A DNA stretch of 64,000 nucleotides from Craspedostauros australis (GCA_030167865.1 JALAGF010000066.1:1-64000); one strand, 5' to 3'; numbered from the stretch's first letter, positions 13,135 to 25,469 are shown. The notes: a model not told the origin generated them from the letters alone. A program made the numbers and translations.

Positions 13135-14027
13135 GTCTGACACACGATAGCTTGCGGCAATGCACTGGTACGGCGCGTTGCGTCGTGCTGGATCAGTCCC
13201 ATTGCGCTCTGCCATCATGCCGCGGCATGGCATGTGGCAGCCACGAGAGTGGTGCAAGCATGGCCGTGGTGACAGGCGAGAACACGATACTCTTTACGAA
13301 TGGCGCACTGATGGATGCCATTGTCTAGAAATACACATAAGGACGCACACATGCCGCATGAGGCAGTAGCAAACACAACAACAGGAAGAGAGACAAAGGA
13401 GGTCATTTACATCAACAACTATCATGCATCAATACCATACAAACAATAAAAAGCAAAACATTTTTCCAGCAATCTCAGTGGACAAGTTCACACGGTGATG
13501 TCAGTGCGATGGCGAGTCCGCTTGGTGAGCTGGGGGAATGTCGGCGCTCCGTCACGATGTGATGGTCACGCAGACGCAGGAAACATTTCCGGAATTCCCT
13601 CTGTGTCTTTCAGCGATTTCTGTTCGCAGCGTGTTTGACACCAAAAAGGCCGAAGGGTCAAGACTCCACACAAAAAGGAAGGCACGACCGCGAGAGTCAC
13701 AAGGGAAGGAGAGAGAGAGAGAGTGAAACCAAGCAGTGCACCACAGCACGCAGACAGTCTCACACTCCAACGATCGCACAATCAAACATCCGCAACCATC
13801 ACACAACCAACATCAACATCGGCAACAACTGTCACACAGTCCCACCGCTATCTTGCGTGGTAACCTTGCCCACAGGCGTATTTGCATATTGACAATCCCG
13901 TCTCCAGCATCCACCAAAGTATTATTCTATAATAATAGGCACAATCTCGCAACTCCTCCTCCGGCGTGACCACAATTCCAGAGTCCCTCCACCATCATCG
14001 CATCCATCATCGTCTCAACCATACACG

Positions 14028-14071
14028 TACATACTCACAGCCATACATACTCACAGCCATACATACTCACA
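14028..14071. repeat. 16-bp tandem repeat (TACATACTCACAGCCA, ~2.7 copies) just upstream of the 14095 ATG
   Basis: Read directly from the sequence. Confidence 0.9.
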
Positions 14072-14094
14072 ACTCTACGTGAACAGCAAACGCC

Positions 14095-16185
14095 ATGAGC
14101 CAACAACAACAGCAGCAGCAGCAGCAGCAGCAGCAACGGAAGCAACTAGCGCCGTTCCAGGCATCGTCAGAGAGACGCGCCAGGCAGCTCGAAGTGGTCT
14201 CCCAGCTGTTCGTTGCTGCCAAGGACAGCGGGCATATCAACATCGCAAGCAGCGCCAAGAGCCTTCGGCCTCTGCTGCAGTCGGAGATCCGCACCCTGCA
14301 GCATGACTGCGGCTGCAGCTCGGCCTCGTGGGGTGCAGTTCGCTTGTTGGTGGACAACCAGCCGGGCACCACGATCACAGACTGCTCGGATCAGCTCCGC
14401 AGCCTCATTTCGAAGACCACGTTCGGCGGGACGGTCGTTCTCGTCATCTCATCGCCAAGGAATGACGATGCTGCAACCCGCATCGCCTCGAACGACGAGG
14501 ACCTCAATCTTCTCCCGCGCGGCATCCATTCCAACTTCATGGTCCACAACTGCGTCTTCCACCTCTCGACCTGCTGCGTCCTTGGCAACACCCTCGTGTC
14601 CAACACCTTCGTCGGCTCTGGTGCGGCCATCGTCTCGTGCGGCAAGCTCACCACCGACAGCTCCATTCACAACATACGGAAGCATGGAATCGAGATCAGC
14701 GTTGGACCGGAGAGCGGTGGTGGGCGTTCTCTTCTTTTGGGACCCGAATTCACGATGATCGATGTCTGCGCTCAGCTCGAAAGCGGTCCGTGGTCCACCA
14801 TCGATCTGCTGTCGCTTGCGGGCAACGCCAACCACATGAATGTCGTTTCGGCTGGCTGCGTCATCCGTGACACGCCGACCGTGCGCAATGTCTGCATGTC
14901 CACTCACTGCACCATCGTGGCGGGATCCAACATCAGCAACGTCGTCATGTTGCCAGAGGCATCCATCACGGATGGCTGTCAGGTCTCCAACGTCCTCATG
15001 CAATGGAATTCGGCCATCTCGGAGAACTCGCACATCTCCGACGTCCTGCTCATGGAGCGCAGCCATTGCGGTCCGCACAGCTTCGTGGCGTCCACCGTCA
15101 TCGGCCCCGATGTGCACGTGTCGGCTGGCGAGATCCACGCCTCGGTCATCGGACCCAACACAAACGCGCATCACCAGTCCTTGGCCATCGGCGTGCTGTG
15201 GCCGCTCGGACGCGGCAACGTCGGGTACGGAGCCAACGTCGGTTCCAACCACACGGGCCGCCTGCCGGATCAGGAGAGCACGGCTGGCGAAGGCACCTTC
15301 TTCGGCCTCAGCAACGTCGTCAAGATGCCGGTCGACTTGACGCACTCGCCCTATTCCATCGTCGCGGCCGGCTCCAACCTTCCTCCGCAACGCATTTGCA
15401 TGCCGTTCTGTCTCATCCTCACGTCCAACGACAACGCCGCGACGAACGACATCATCCCGGGCTGGGTCCTGCAGTACTCGCCGTACACCATCGCGCGGTC
15501 CGAAACCAAATTCCAGCAAAGGCGCAAGGCCAAGCGACATGCCTTCTACACGGGATGGAGGATCATCCGTCCCGGCATCATCGACATGTGCCGATGGGCG
15601 CGCGAACAGCTGCGCAAGGACGACATCGCGCAGATGGCTGGGCTGGGTTCCAACACGCTGTCCGCCAAGGGCAAATCCATCGGAATCCGGGCCTACACGG
15701 CATGCATCCAACGCTACGCCTTGCACGGACTGCTGGATTGGTTCCTCCACGCGAGTCACGACGCCAATATCCACCAAGCTCTGCAACGTGAGTTCGTGGC
15801 ATCGTCCGACACGACGCTGCTGGTCAATCCCGACAAGGTCGCATGGCCCATCCTGCCGTGGCAGGAACCCACGCAGATCTGGCAACACCAAAAGGCGATC
15901 CTCCTCGACGAATTCCCCAGCATCACGAATGGCGCGGTCTCGTGGTGCACCGATCTGCTGCACAAGCTCATGGCATTGGAGCAGGATTACAGCAAGCGCA
16001 TTCGCGTTTGCAAGCATCGCGACGAGACGCGCGGTAAAACCGTCATTCCGGGATACGAACAATCGCATGCCAAGGCGGATGACGATGTGGTCGTGCTGCA
16101 GGCCGCGAAGGACCTCGCCGATGTCCAGGCCAAGGTGCAGGCCATCACGCAACGGCTATCCAACCCAAACTACAGCAAGCTTTGA
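14095..16185 (+). CDS. DUF4954-like left-handed beta-helix (hexapeptide-repeat) protein, intronless, 696 aa, with N-terminal polyQ and C-terminal SKL
   Basis: N-terminal LRPLLQSEIRTLQHDCGCSSASWGAVR...RGIHSNFMVHNC...EISVGPESGGGRS resembles DUF4954 N-termini. Hexapeptide-like I/V/N/G periodicity. GRGNVGYGANVGSNHTGRLPDQE...GEGTFFGL motif. Ends YSKL*. Confidence 0.7.
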   Translation: MSQQQQQQQQQQQQRKQLAPFQASSERRARQLEVVSQLFVAAKDSGHINIASSAKSLRPLLQSEIRTLQHDCGCSSASWGAVRLLVDNQPGTTITDCSDQLRSLISKTTFGGTVVLVISSPRNDDAATRIASNDEDLNLLPRGIHSNFMVHNCVFHLSTCCVLGNTLVSNTFVGSGAAIVSCGKLTTDSSIHNIRKHGIEISVGPESGGGRSLLLGPEFTMIDVCAQLESGPWSTIDLLSLAGNANHMNVVSAGCVIRDTPTVRNVCMSTHCTIVAGSNISNVVMLPEASITDGCQVSNVLMQWNSAISENSHISDVLLMERSHCGPHSFVASTVIGPDVHVSAGEIHASVIGPNTNAHHQSLAIGVLWPLGRGNVGYGANVGSNHTGRLPDQESTAGEGTFFGLSNVVKMPVDLTHSPYSIVAAGSNLPPQRICMPFCLILTSNDNAATNDIIPGWVLQYSPYTIARSETKFQQRRKAKRHAFYTGWRIIRPGIIDMCRWAREQLRKDDIAQMAGLGSNTLSAKGKSIGIRAYTACIQRYALHGLLDWFLHASHDANIHQALQREFVASSDTTLLVNPDKVAWPILPWQEPTQIWQHQKAILLDEFPSITNGAVSWCTDLLHKLMALEQDYSKRIRVCKHRDETRGKTVIPGYEQSHAKADDDVVVLQAAKDLADVQAKVQAITQRLSNPNYSKL

Positions 16186-16383
16186 TGAATGTATATATGA
16201 ATATGACGGTGTGATCGTGACGATCCTAATATTAGAGTGACGCACGTACTATGTATACTCGTACCTACAAATAGTTCTACTATTCTACTCGAACTCTTCT
16301 CAATCGATCAATGGCTCGTGATGAGAAGAACATACCAACGGGATCAAATCAAAATGAACTCTACAGTAAGTAATGGGCGCACT

Positions 16384-17780
16384 TCAGTACTCCTCCTGCT
16401 CCGCCAGCAGATCGTCCACAGGCTCATCGTCGCCGCCCAGATGTTCATCGAGAGCGTCATCCAAATGATCATCCAGCAATGGCTCTTCCGAAGGTGGTGG
16501 TCCATTCGGATCCACGATGCCACCGTCCTCGTCAACGCCAATGTCATCTTCCGCCGTCGCGTACAGGATCTTGAATATGTCACCGACCAGACTGCTCACG
16601 TTGGCACCGTCCAGCCCCTTGTCCTGGCGTATTTGCAGCATGAACTCCACATCGCGAAGCTTCTTGAAGTAGAAATCACGCTCCTTCTCCAGTTCCACGA
16701 TGCTGGTCTCCAGCTCCAGCGCCTTCTGCGCCAGCTCTTCGTTGTCTTTCGTGAGTGTTGCGTTCGCGGCCACCTGTTCCTGCAATGCCTTCGTCGATGC
16801 TGCGCTTTGTGTGTTGGTGGCCCGCGATGCTGGTTTGCTCGCCGCCGCACCCGCAACACGTGGCAATCCTCCGGTGCGTGAAGTCGCTGAGGCAGCCGGT
16901 CGGCTGGCAGTTGGTTTCTTCATGGGCGATTGACCAGGGCGACGACCAGGGGGCAATGCTTTGGAACCGTGCTTTCGAGCCGTCTTGTTGAGGAAGTTGT
17001 TGTACTGCTTGCCGCCTTTCCCCCGCGAACGCACAGCCACAGCATCATAATCCTCCCGGTACGCACCCGACTGGTCGTAGAATGCCTTCAACCACTGGCA
17101 GAATTCCAAATTGTCCTGGTACTTGGCCCGAATGAGCTTGTTGACGTCGACGTATCGCTTGATGTTGTGCTTGTTGAATGCCGCCTGCAAGAGTTTGTAG
17201 TTGCCAACGAATTCGTAATCAGATCTGCCAGTTGCCCAGTGTTAGTAGAGTAGAGTAGAGTAGAGTATTCGCGCGAGTATCAGATGATCGTCAGTGTACG
17301 TTGGTATGCGAGTACGGGGAATCGTCGTTTTGCCAGTGGGATATTGCATGTGTTGTGAATCAGATTGTATTCACCAGCAACAATAGAAGGGAAGTGAAGA
17401 GAAAAATGTGGTGAGACGCAAATGCGCAACGATTGCTTTGGAGCTTCCGACATCCTCGAGCGTGGTGATACATCAAAGTGATGATCTTGAATGGAGCAGA
17501 GTCGAGTGTTCAAGGTATAATTCCAATCTTTGTAAAGATTGGCAATAAGACATAGACGCGCAAACCATAAGAGAGTGTAGTGGACTCACTTTGCTTCCCA
17601 ATTGACCCTCGACATTGGGATGCTGCCGGGGTAGATGTACTCCGTCATCTGACACGCAACAGCCCCAGACGCTGTTTGCTCTATCTTGCTGAGCTGCAGG
17701 CCCAGCAGCTCGTTGAAAAAGTCCAGCAGTTCGCCTCTTCCCACGAAGTAGGCATTGTCCATCATTCCTGTTCGAGTCAT
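16384..17780 (-). CDS. EB1: Microtubule plus-end binding protein EB1 (CH domain plus EBH coiled coil); 2 exons (17780-17590, 17224-16384), ~343 aa
   Basis: YFVGRGELLDFFN...KIEQTASGAVACQ, YQDNLEFCQWLK, LEKERDFYFKKLRDVE, ILYAT and an acidic tail ending EEY. Phase-2 intron AA|gtgagt...gcag|A. Confidence 0.95.
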
Positions 17781-17819
17781 GTCAAGTCAAGTGAAGTCAA
17801 GTGAAGTCAAGTGAAGTCA
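17781..17819. repeat. 10-bp tandem repeat (GTCAAGTGAA) directly abutting the EB1 start codon
   Basis: Read directly from the sequence. Confidence 0.85.
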
Positions 17820-19047
17820 TTGGGGGATAGTTGCAGCACAAGTCATAGGGAAGCAGAGCGAAACGAGATATCGTTGTTAGATGAAGAGAGCGGATTGAGA
17901 TGAATCATGAACGCACAGATGTTGCAGATTGCGCTCACAACCTGCAAGGCGCCTTTGAAGCACAATCCATGTGGCTCCCATTTCGTATAATCACAAGCAG
18001 CAGCATGCCTGTCAGGATGCACACAGCTTCAGTCATGACCTCCACCGCATGTTGAGCACGGAACGTACCGACGGCGGCATCTGCGCCTCGACTCATGATT
18101 GCTTGTCTCGTTGCGTGCTTTGCTGTCTGCTCTGGACCGTTCGGTGTTGGGATCAACTTGATCGGTGGTTTCTGATCGCACCAATGGCGCTCGCGGTATC
18201 CGATGGGATAATCTTGGCTGAGCCTCTTTGGCCTTCTTGGTTGCTTCTTTGATCAGAGTGTGTGTTGCTCAGTCCTTCGACAACACTCGTCAGAGAATGC
18301 AGACCGCTGCGATGCTGATGCTGATGCTGATGCTGATGTATGCAATGCCGATGTGTTAGCATGCAGTGTGGATGTGTGCAATGTCAGCTATGCTCATGCC
18401 ATGAAGGGTCGCTCTCCTCTTGCCCCGGAGGTCCAGAGATGGCAGCGTCCCCATCGGTCGCGCAAGAGCAACGCCCCTCTTGATGATGTCGTTGCTGTTG
18501 TCATTTCGCGGTTGTCTGGGCTGCCAAAATCGTGTTTGCCAAGATTTTCGATCGGCGCAGGGATATTTTGAAAATAACCGCAATTGACCAGATCGACCGC
18601 TTCACGTACTACCGTTAAGCTCACGTTATGCGAGAAAGATGTTCAAATGTTCATTGAAGGTACTTGGCCACGAAGGAATTCAATGTTAGCGAACAAGAAG
18701 ATTGTTTCTCGGAGGGCCGCATGTCAGTCATCTCACAAAACGGAAAAGGAGGTGTCCGTGGAAAAACACACATGATAGATTCCCAAGAATCCCCAACGTG
18801 CTCGACGCGATGTGCCCTCACAAACCGACACTGTCGCAGAATGGCGAGATCCCTCACTGTTCGCAGACCTACGCGACCACCGTCCACATCAAACATGTCT
18901 GTCGCTCACAACCCACATCAACCAAGAAACAATCATTCACAGCAAGAAAAAGAGTCATAAAATCAAATCGAGTCGCCACCACAGTCGCAATAATAGTAGC
19001 AACAAGACCAAGAACAGTACAGAGCTACAACCACACCTACAAAAACT

Positions 19048-21071
19048 ATGACGATGATGTTCCGAATTGCAACCTTGCTCAGCACAGCCGCTGCCATCAG
19101 CAGCATGATGCCGGTCGGCGTCGCAGCACAGAACTGCGGTGGACGCGGACAGCCACCGTGTGAGAAAGATGTTGTCGCTCCACCATCTACGATCCAGACA
19201 GAGCCACCAACGATCTCCACAGGTATGTCTTCAGCGCAGCGGACGCAATTGCGAAAGCAGCATCGTGCGTTCCAGTATAGTGTGGTGCACCCGCAATGTG
19301 ATTGCATTGTGTTGTGACGGAGTGTGGAAGACGGTCGAATGGACTTGAATCGACGGAGCCTTGATCTGCAATGGATGAACGCACCCCTCACCCTGTGTCC
19401 TGCGGTCCTGATCGTTACTTTCGCGCTGGGATGACTGGCGTCGCATGCTCCAACGCAACAGAAAGCCCGGCCACTTCTCCAACTCCCGCTCCATCTGCAA
19501 CGGCTTCTGTGGTGCCAACCGGCAACCCAACCCTGAGCCCGACTGCGAAGTCATCGTTCAATCCAACAGACACACCAACTAACAAACCCTCTGACAAACC
19601 AACTAACACGCCCACGCCCAAACCAACCGATTTGCCAACTGCAACACCTACGACGAAACCAACTGACAAACCAACTGACAAACTCACTAACAAACCCACT
19701 GGCACGCCTACGCACAAACCAACCGATATACCAACTGCTACGCCGACGACGAAACCAACTAATGTGCCGATTGTAGCCTCCCCAACAACGGCCATGCCAA
19801 CAAGCGCTCCAACCACTGCACCAGTTACCGCGGCACCAACCGCCATGCCAACAGCAAAGCCAACCACGGTCCCAACTGCAGCACCAACCACAGCACCAAC
19901 CACGACGCCAACAAGCAAGCCATCAACAACCGGATCGGATGTCCCCACGGTGCCTCCGACAGCAGGACCAACCATGTTGCCATCAGTTCAGCCAACCGCC
20001 GTTCCTACAACCAGCCCAACTGTCAGCCCAACCGAGACCGCCGTGACAGCCGCCCCAACCACTAGTCCAACCAATACCTCCGTGACAACTCTAGACAATA
20101 CCGCAGCACCAACCGCCATGCCAACCACTGGAGGAGCTCCCAGCGATGCTACTGACGCCCCAACGGCAGACACTGCGTGCGAGTCGTCCAACGGCGTCTT
20201 CGGCACCATTGGTGATACGACCGAGAGTATTGTGGTCGAGTTCGGGTACGAACTGGAGACCACTTCCAACGAAACCGAGGCCTCCAGTCTCATCCTCCCA
20301 ATTCTCGAAGAAGGCATCATCGATAGCATCTTGGCCGACACCATCCCATCCCTGTGCGGCGGAAGGAGGCTTCGTGCCACCCGCCGTCTCGAAGTTGTCG
20401 GCGTCAGCAAGAACCCAACTGACGAATTCGTCACTGATGGTAAGTTGTGGAGACGCCTGCGATGGCGAATGCCTCCGAATGGCACTTTTGGCACGATCAT
20501 AAGACACTGTACTCACGCTCAATTGTTGCTTCGCCGCTTCTCACTGCTCTCTTGATTTACCAACCCGTGCACCAACTCTTTGCCTGCAGTCACCTGCGAT
20601 GCAGACACCATGGTCGATCCAGCCAACAGCTGCTTCGTCGTCAGCGGCGCCCTGACTTTGCACACTGATGGCGAGAACACAGACCAGCACGTCAGCGATC
20701 TGAAGCAGACGCTTGAGACTCAGATGGCCTCCGGAGCATTCACCGACCTTGATGGAGTCGTTCGCGTGTCCTACGTCGAGCTTGACCCAACATCCACAGG
20801 CTCCAGCGGTAACAGAGGAACTGGGGACGAAGACACAGGCCCCTCATCGTCCAACAACTCCAATGGTGTCACGTTTGGCATGGTCGGAGCCGTGGCCGGT
20901 GCCTGGGCTCTCCTCATCGGTGGCGTCTTCTACGCAAGAAAGAAAAGGGCTGCTGCCGATTCGGATGCCGAAACGGACTTTGCCGCCTCCAATGGCCCTG
21001 CCAACGTCGCGCAGTATGCTGTAGATTCTGCCGACTCCATGGAAGCCCGAGGCGACGGCCCAATGGTCTAA
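19048..21071 (+). CDS. Mucin-like type-I membrane protein: signal peptide, long P/T-rich repeat region, Cys-containing domain with RRL motifs, TM helix; 3 exons (19048-19222, 19462-20439, 20590-21071), ~544 aa
   Basis: Signal peptide MFRIATLLSTAAAISSMMPVGVAAQ. PTxxPT repeats. CGGRRLRATRRL. TM GMVGAVAGAWALLIGGVFYA followed by RKKR. Both introns are phase-1 GT-AG and keep the frame. Confidence 0.8.
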
Positions 21072-21357
21072 AGAACATTCTGAGGTGATGCGCCGCTACT
21101 CCAATAGGACCGACAGGCAGCAGACAAACAACAAGCAAGAAGGCAAAAACACCTCCACGTGAACATCTCTGCGACATCCAATGAACCACCGCCTCCGTGT
21201 CCAAAGACGACGATGAGCAATATCGGTCGCCTCCCAGTTTGGTCTGGTTCAGGATTCAACCACAAGTCGCAAATAAGCATTAATGGAAAACGTGTACATA
21301 TACTAGTACAATCCTATCTCTCGTATGCCCCGCTCTATTGTCTTCTCTCGCATGAGG

Positions 21358-22537
21358 TCAGATCAATCCCTCTGACTGCTTCTGCATGAACAGATCATCG
21401 TCTACTTTGTGCACGCCATCTGGCTCTTCGTCGTGTCCATGTTGTGACGGCTTCTCGCCGAAGTTCTCACGCCTACGCGATGAGCTGTCTCCGCTGGCCA
21501 CCTCGTAGCGGCTGCTTCCCTCGAATTGACTTGGCGACGAGTCATCGGAGAGAGAATCGCCGCTATCTCGGTACCCGCCGGTATTGCTGGATGTATCCGA
21601 CATCTGATGCTGCAGCTTCGTGGAACGCGTGACCCTCTTTCTGCGGATCGCAAAGTAGACGCAGCTTAACAGCAGAACAAAGACGCCACCCACCATCATG
21701 CCGATGACGGTCACGTCCATGGGTGCTCGGATTCCGCGCTTCTCCTCCGCTGCGTCGTCGATATCGAACATACTATTGACGGTCGCGATCTGAATGATAT
21801 CGCCGCTTTGCTTGCTGGCCTCGCCGTTCAAGGATTCGTTCAACAATGTCAGCGTTTCGATCGGATTGGCATCGACACCGAAGATCTTCATGGTGCCCTT
21901 GAAGACGCCGCAGAAGTTCATTTCATCTCGGCCTGGTGCGCACGCCTCTGTGGAGTGTTGTGGGAAGAGAATAGATCATGTTGCGGGGTGTGAGCCAATT
22001 TCAGTCGGGAACGGTACCATCCTCTTTGAACACCACACTTGGTTGAACAATCGAACACTTACCATCGATTTGCGACACACCGCCAAACCAAAATCCAGAT
22101 ATCGACAACCGACGTTCGTTGCGGCGTTTGCTGAAACCGCACACCGATGGAAAGACATGGATCAGCACTTCGTCCATCAGGTATTCGTGCACCACGTCCA
22201 TCAACCCATCGATGTCTGCCAACGGCTTGGCCTCCATCAAGAAACCGAATTCCACCTGCGTCGGTGTGCCCGATGTCGAGCCAAAGAACCCGTCCTTCTC
22301 AGGCCGACACGGCGAATGCATGAAGCGAGATGCGCTGCTATCGTACGTGTCCTTGGCTTCCACGTCGATCTCCTGCGGCTGCTCATCGCTGAAATGGCGA
22401 ATCTTCTTGGCCTTGGAGAGATCCCCCGAGGATGTTGCTGCGGTTGTTGTCATGCTGCATGTCATTAGCACCAGCAGCAGCGCCATTGCCATTCGGGGCA
22501 TGGAGCTGGACTGCCGATGATTGCTGGTTGTTGTCAT
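21358..22537 (-). CDS. Type-I membrane protein with signal peptide, RRL-containing Cys domain and TM helix; 2 exons (22537-22063, 21947-21358), ~354 aa
   Basis: Signal MAMALLLVLMTCSMTTTAA. VEFGFLME...VFPSVCG...ERRL. Intron GATG|gtaagt...cacag|AG restores the frame. TM VTVIGMMVGGVFVLLLSCVYFAI followed by RRKR. Confidence 0.8.
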
Positions 22538-23585
22538 GATGCACTCTGCGCGGATGCTTAGAAGACCTGTGCTTGTGTATGGTACGATTGTATGCTACGG
22601 CGCTCTCTTGATGTAGGAATAAAACAGTGCTCGTACTGTTCAGACAATGCAGCAACTGCGGTCCTTTTTGTTTGGTGTTGGTTGAGAATGAATGTTGGCT
22701 GATGCTGCTCTTTCCGATATTTGATGCGTTCAGTTCAGTCTCTTTGCGGCTCTCTGTCTTGGTTGCGTGTTCTATTGCTTCTGCTGGTGTTGTTGTTGCT
22801 GCTTTCTCGGAAATGGATGCCTCAGTTGCGCAAACCCTGCGTTGTCTCTGCTTGGAAAGCAATGAACCAAGCATTCACCAATCCAGAAATAGTAGTTGCT
22901 ATGCCGTGCTCTATTGGTGTGCCATTGCTTGCAGCGCATCTACGTGATCACGCTCTGCTCTGCTCTACTGCCGACATCCGATCCCACCAAAAAGACCCAA
23001 GCGTGAGATTGACTCTTGCATTCACAGGAAGAGTTGTTTTGTCTCTTGGGTTTTTGTCGGTGCGGTCTTGTGAACGATCTTGGAAAAATGTGAGGCAACG
23101 CATGTCATCGTTGATCGAAATTGAAGGATGTCTCATTTTCCTCTGCTCCCTCCTACGTCACACCCCCAATGGGATGGTGGATGACTGGTACGACTAGTCG
23201 TTTGGTCCACGAGAGCCATCCACCCAGCAGCTGCCCCTACTTCTCTAGATCGTAGCTATTGCAGGTTGATAACACTCTCTATGGACACCATGCACTTCTC
23301 AGAGCTTTAAGAGATAGAGGCATCGTTCCTCAGGTACGTAACGTCACGGAACGGGACGACAACGTAGTCTCTGCAGAAATCGATTAAGTATCTTGTTCAA
23401 CCCACTGCTTGATTCCCCCCATTACACCACACCACACTATATCATTCACGTTCACTACCCACAATCAAATTCCATAAGATGGTGCCAGCACCATCGTCTG
23501 ACCTCTTTCTTGCCGCTGCTGCGTCGTTCCTTCCGTCCGTTTCATTGACATCCGCAGCACGCATGCACAGACTGTGCCCCCTTGT

Positions 23586-25469
23586 CTATCGCAGCAGATT
23601 CATCACGGATTGACCAAGCGGCGAATCGCAATCCAACCGCTTGAAGTAAATACTGATGCGATCCTTTGCGTCAAGAATGTCCTCCACGAAGGATGCATCC
23701 ACGATGCCGCCTGCTTTCTTGCCATTGACGGACAGGGTTTGGTCTCCGACCTTGACCTTGGTGTCGTGGAATAGCCCGGCCTCCGAAATGGCAGACACGA
23801 AGAGATCACCCTTGTACTCCAGGAATCGAATGCCAGGTTGCTTGTTGCGGGTCTTGCGGACGCTGACGAGGAACTTTTCGTTGGGGGCGTATTGGGAATC
23901 ATTACCATCCGACGATGAATCATCGTTGTCACTGTCGCTGTCCGAAGACGACGACGATTCGCTGTCATTGATGTCGCTATCGTCGACATCGTCATCACCG
24001 CTATCGGATTCGCTGTCGGAATGGAATTCTGCCAAGTCGTACTTGCCCTGGATCGCTTGTTCCTTGGTCTTGCGCTTGGAGCGCGTGGCCGAATCGTAGC
24101 CGCTCCTACCTCTGTTGCTGACCGGCTTGGTGGCCTCGCTCGCCGCGACGCTGTTCTCTGTTTGCGTGGGAGCGGGCGGTATGCTCCTGGACCTTCCAGC
24201 GCGCATGCTGGTGCTCTTGATGGCGTTGCCTGCCGCGTCGACCTTGATGAGCTCGCCGCAGCAGGGGCAGTCGAATTTGCGCGCTTTTGGGTCGTCGAAG
24301 TTGACGAGGATGAAGGCACCTCCCACCGTCTGATCGATCATCTTTTCCGCGAGGTCGCTCGTCATTATCTGGCGCGATTTGGTCTGGTTGATCGCCAGAA
24401 TCTCATCCCCGATGGTGAACCGACGTTCGCTCTCTGGCAAGGACTTGATGAAGAGCTTGCCGCCGCGTCGGATGAAACGGATGCCGGTCGGGCCCCTGTG
24501 ACGCGGACCCAATCTGACGCGCAAGAAGTCATGCCGGATGTCATCCAACCGCAGCACATCATTCGCAGTGCCATTGTTATCGCCCCCGTTGTCGTCGTCC
24601 GATTGTTCGTTATCCGATTCCTTCCCCTTCCCCTTGAGAATGCGGAGCTTGCGGCTGAAGGATGAGTTCATGTCCCTCTGCTGCTGTTCCTCGACCTCCA
24701 GATCCTGCAGCGACGACATGCTCTCCTCGAAGTCGTTGCTCCCCTTCTCCACGACGAACTCGATCTCCTCCTTGGCGCGCGACATGATCTTCTCGGCGTA
24801 GGCCTTGGTGGCGTAATCCCTGAAGTTCATCTCGTTGACCTGGATGATGCGATCGCCGACGTCCAACTTGGTGTCGCGGAAGATGCTGTCGGGCGCGATG
24901 GAGGAGACGTATATCTTGCCGTCCGTCTCGCGGAACCGGATGCCCGCCGCCTGCTTGGCAAATAGCTTGGTGGCGAAGATGGTGACCTCCTCCACCTGTA
25001 CCTCTTCCTTCGCCCAGGCCTGGTCGTTGGGGTTGTAGAGCTTGAGGCTGCCGTCCGCATTCTGTCGGCGCAGACCCTTGTAGTTGCGCTTGAGGTCGTT
25101 TTGGCGTCGCAGCTGGCGCTGCTTCGACGGCGACAGGGAACGGATGCCGCGACGCGCCTTGCGATCGGCCTTCTTGATGACCATGGTGAAGGTGGCTCTG
25201 TTCTTGGCGATCGCCTTGACGATCTCCGCCGGCGCCTGCCCCTTCCGAATGCGCTTGCCGTTCAACGACAGCACGATGTCGCCGACGCCGACCTCCGTGC
25301 CGTGGAAGAGCCCATCCTCCGCGATCTTGGTGACGAGGATCGCTCCCTTGCGCTCCACCAGCGAGATGCCGGCCTTCTTGTGCCGATTCGTCTCATCGAT
25401 GCGCACCGACACGCTCACCAGATCGTCGGCCGTGTGCGTCGTCTTGCGTCGCCCTTCCCTGCTGCTCAT
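23586..25469 (-). CDS. Multi-PDZ-domain protein (about four PDZ-like repeats) with an acidic Ser/Asp linker
   Basis: Repeated 'GI-x-[LF]...G-x-[IL]-x-[VI]...I...[LI]F-x-x-T-x-[VL]-x-VGD-x-[IV]-x-x-[VL]N' units in one long ORF. First ATG at 25469. Confidence 0.8.
   Translation of the reverse strand: MSSREGRRKTTHTADDLVSVSVRIDETNRHKKAGISLVERKGAILVTKIAEDGLFHGTEVGVGDIVLSLNGKRIRKGQAPAEIVKAIAKNRATFTMVIKKADRKARRGIRSLSPSKQRQLRRQNDLKRNYKGLRRQNADGSLKLYNPNDQAWAKEEVQVEEVTIFATKLFAKQAAGIRFRETDGKIYVSSIAPDSIFRDTKLDVGDRIIQVNEMNFRDYATKAYAEKIMSRAKEEIEFVVEKGSNDFEESMSSLQDLEVEEQQQRDMNSSFSRKLRILKGKGKESDNEQSDDDNGGDNNGTANDVLRLDDIRHDFLRVRLGPRHRGPTGIRFIRRGGKLFIKSLPESERRFTIGDEILAINQTKSRQIMTSDLAEKMIDQTVGGAFILVNFDDPKARKFDCPCCGELIKVDAAGNAIKSTSMRAGRSRSIPPAPTQTENSVAASEATKPVSNRGRSGYDSATRSKRKTKEQAIQGKYDLAEFHSDSESDSGDDDVDDSDINDSESSSSSDSDSDNDDSSSDGNDSQYAPNEKFLVSVRKTRNKQPGIRFLEYKGDLFVSAISEAGLFHDTKVKVGDQTLSVNGKKAGGIVDASFVEDILDAKDRISIYFKRLDCDSPLGQSVMNLLR

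Noticed and set aside
14449-16152. 567-aa antisense ORF, and similar long shadow ORFs opposite ClpX, the U-box gene, the HACD fusion and glucosidase II
   Set aside because: They mirror real genes with strong C/G third-position bias, which suppresses antisense stops, and they carry no recognisable motifs.
19139-19461. Cys-rich short frames suggesting frameshifts in the mucin gene
   Set aside because: A single canonical phase-1 intron (19223-19461) joins the flanking exons in frame.
19480-20170. Repetitive array that could be mistaken for a CRISPR or satellite
   Set aside because: It is degenerate Pro/Thr codon repetition within a coding exon, with no constant repeat-spacer structure and no cas genes.
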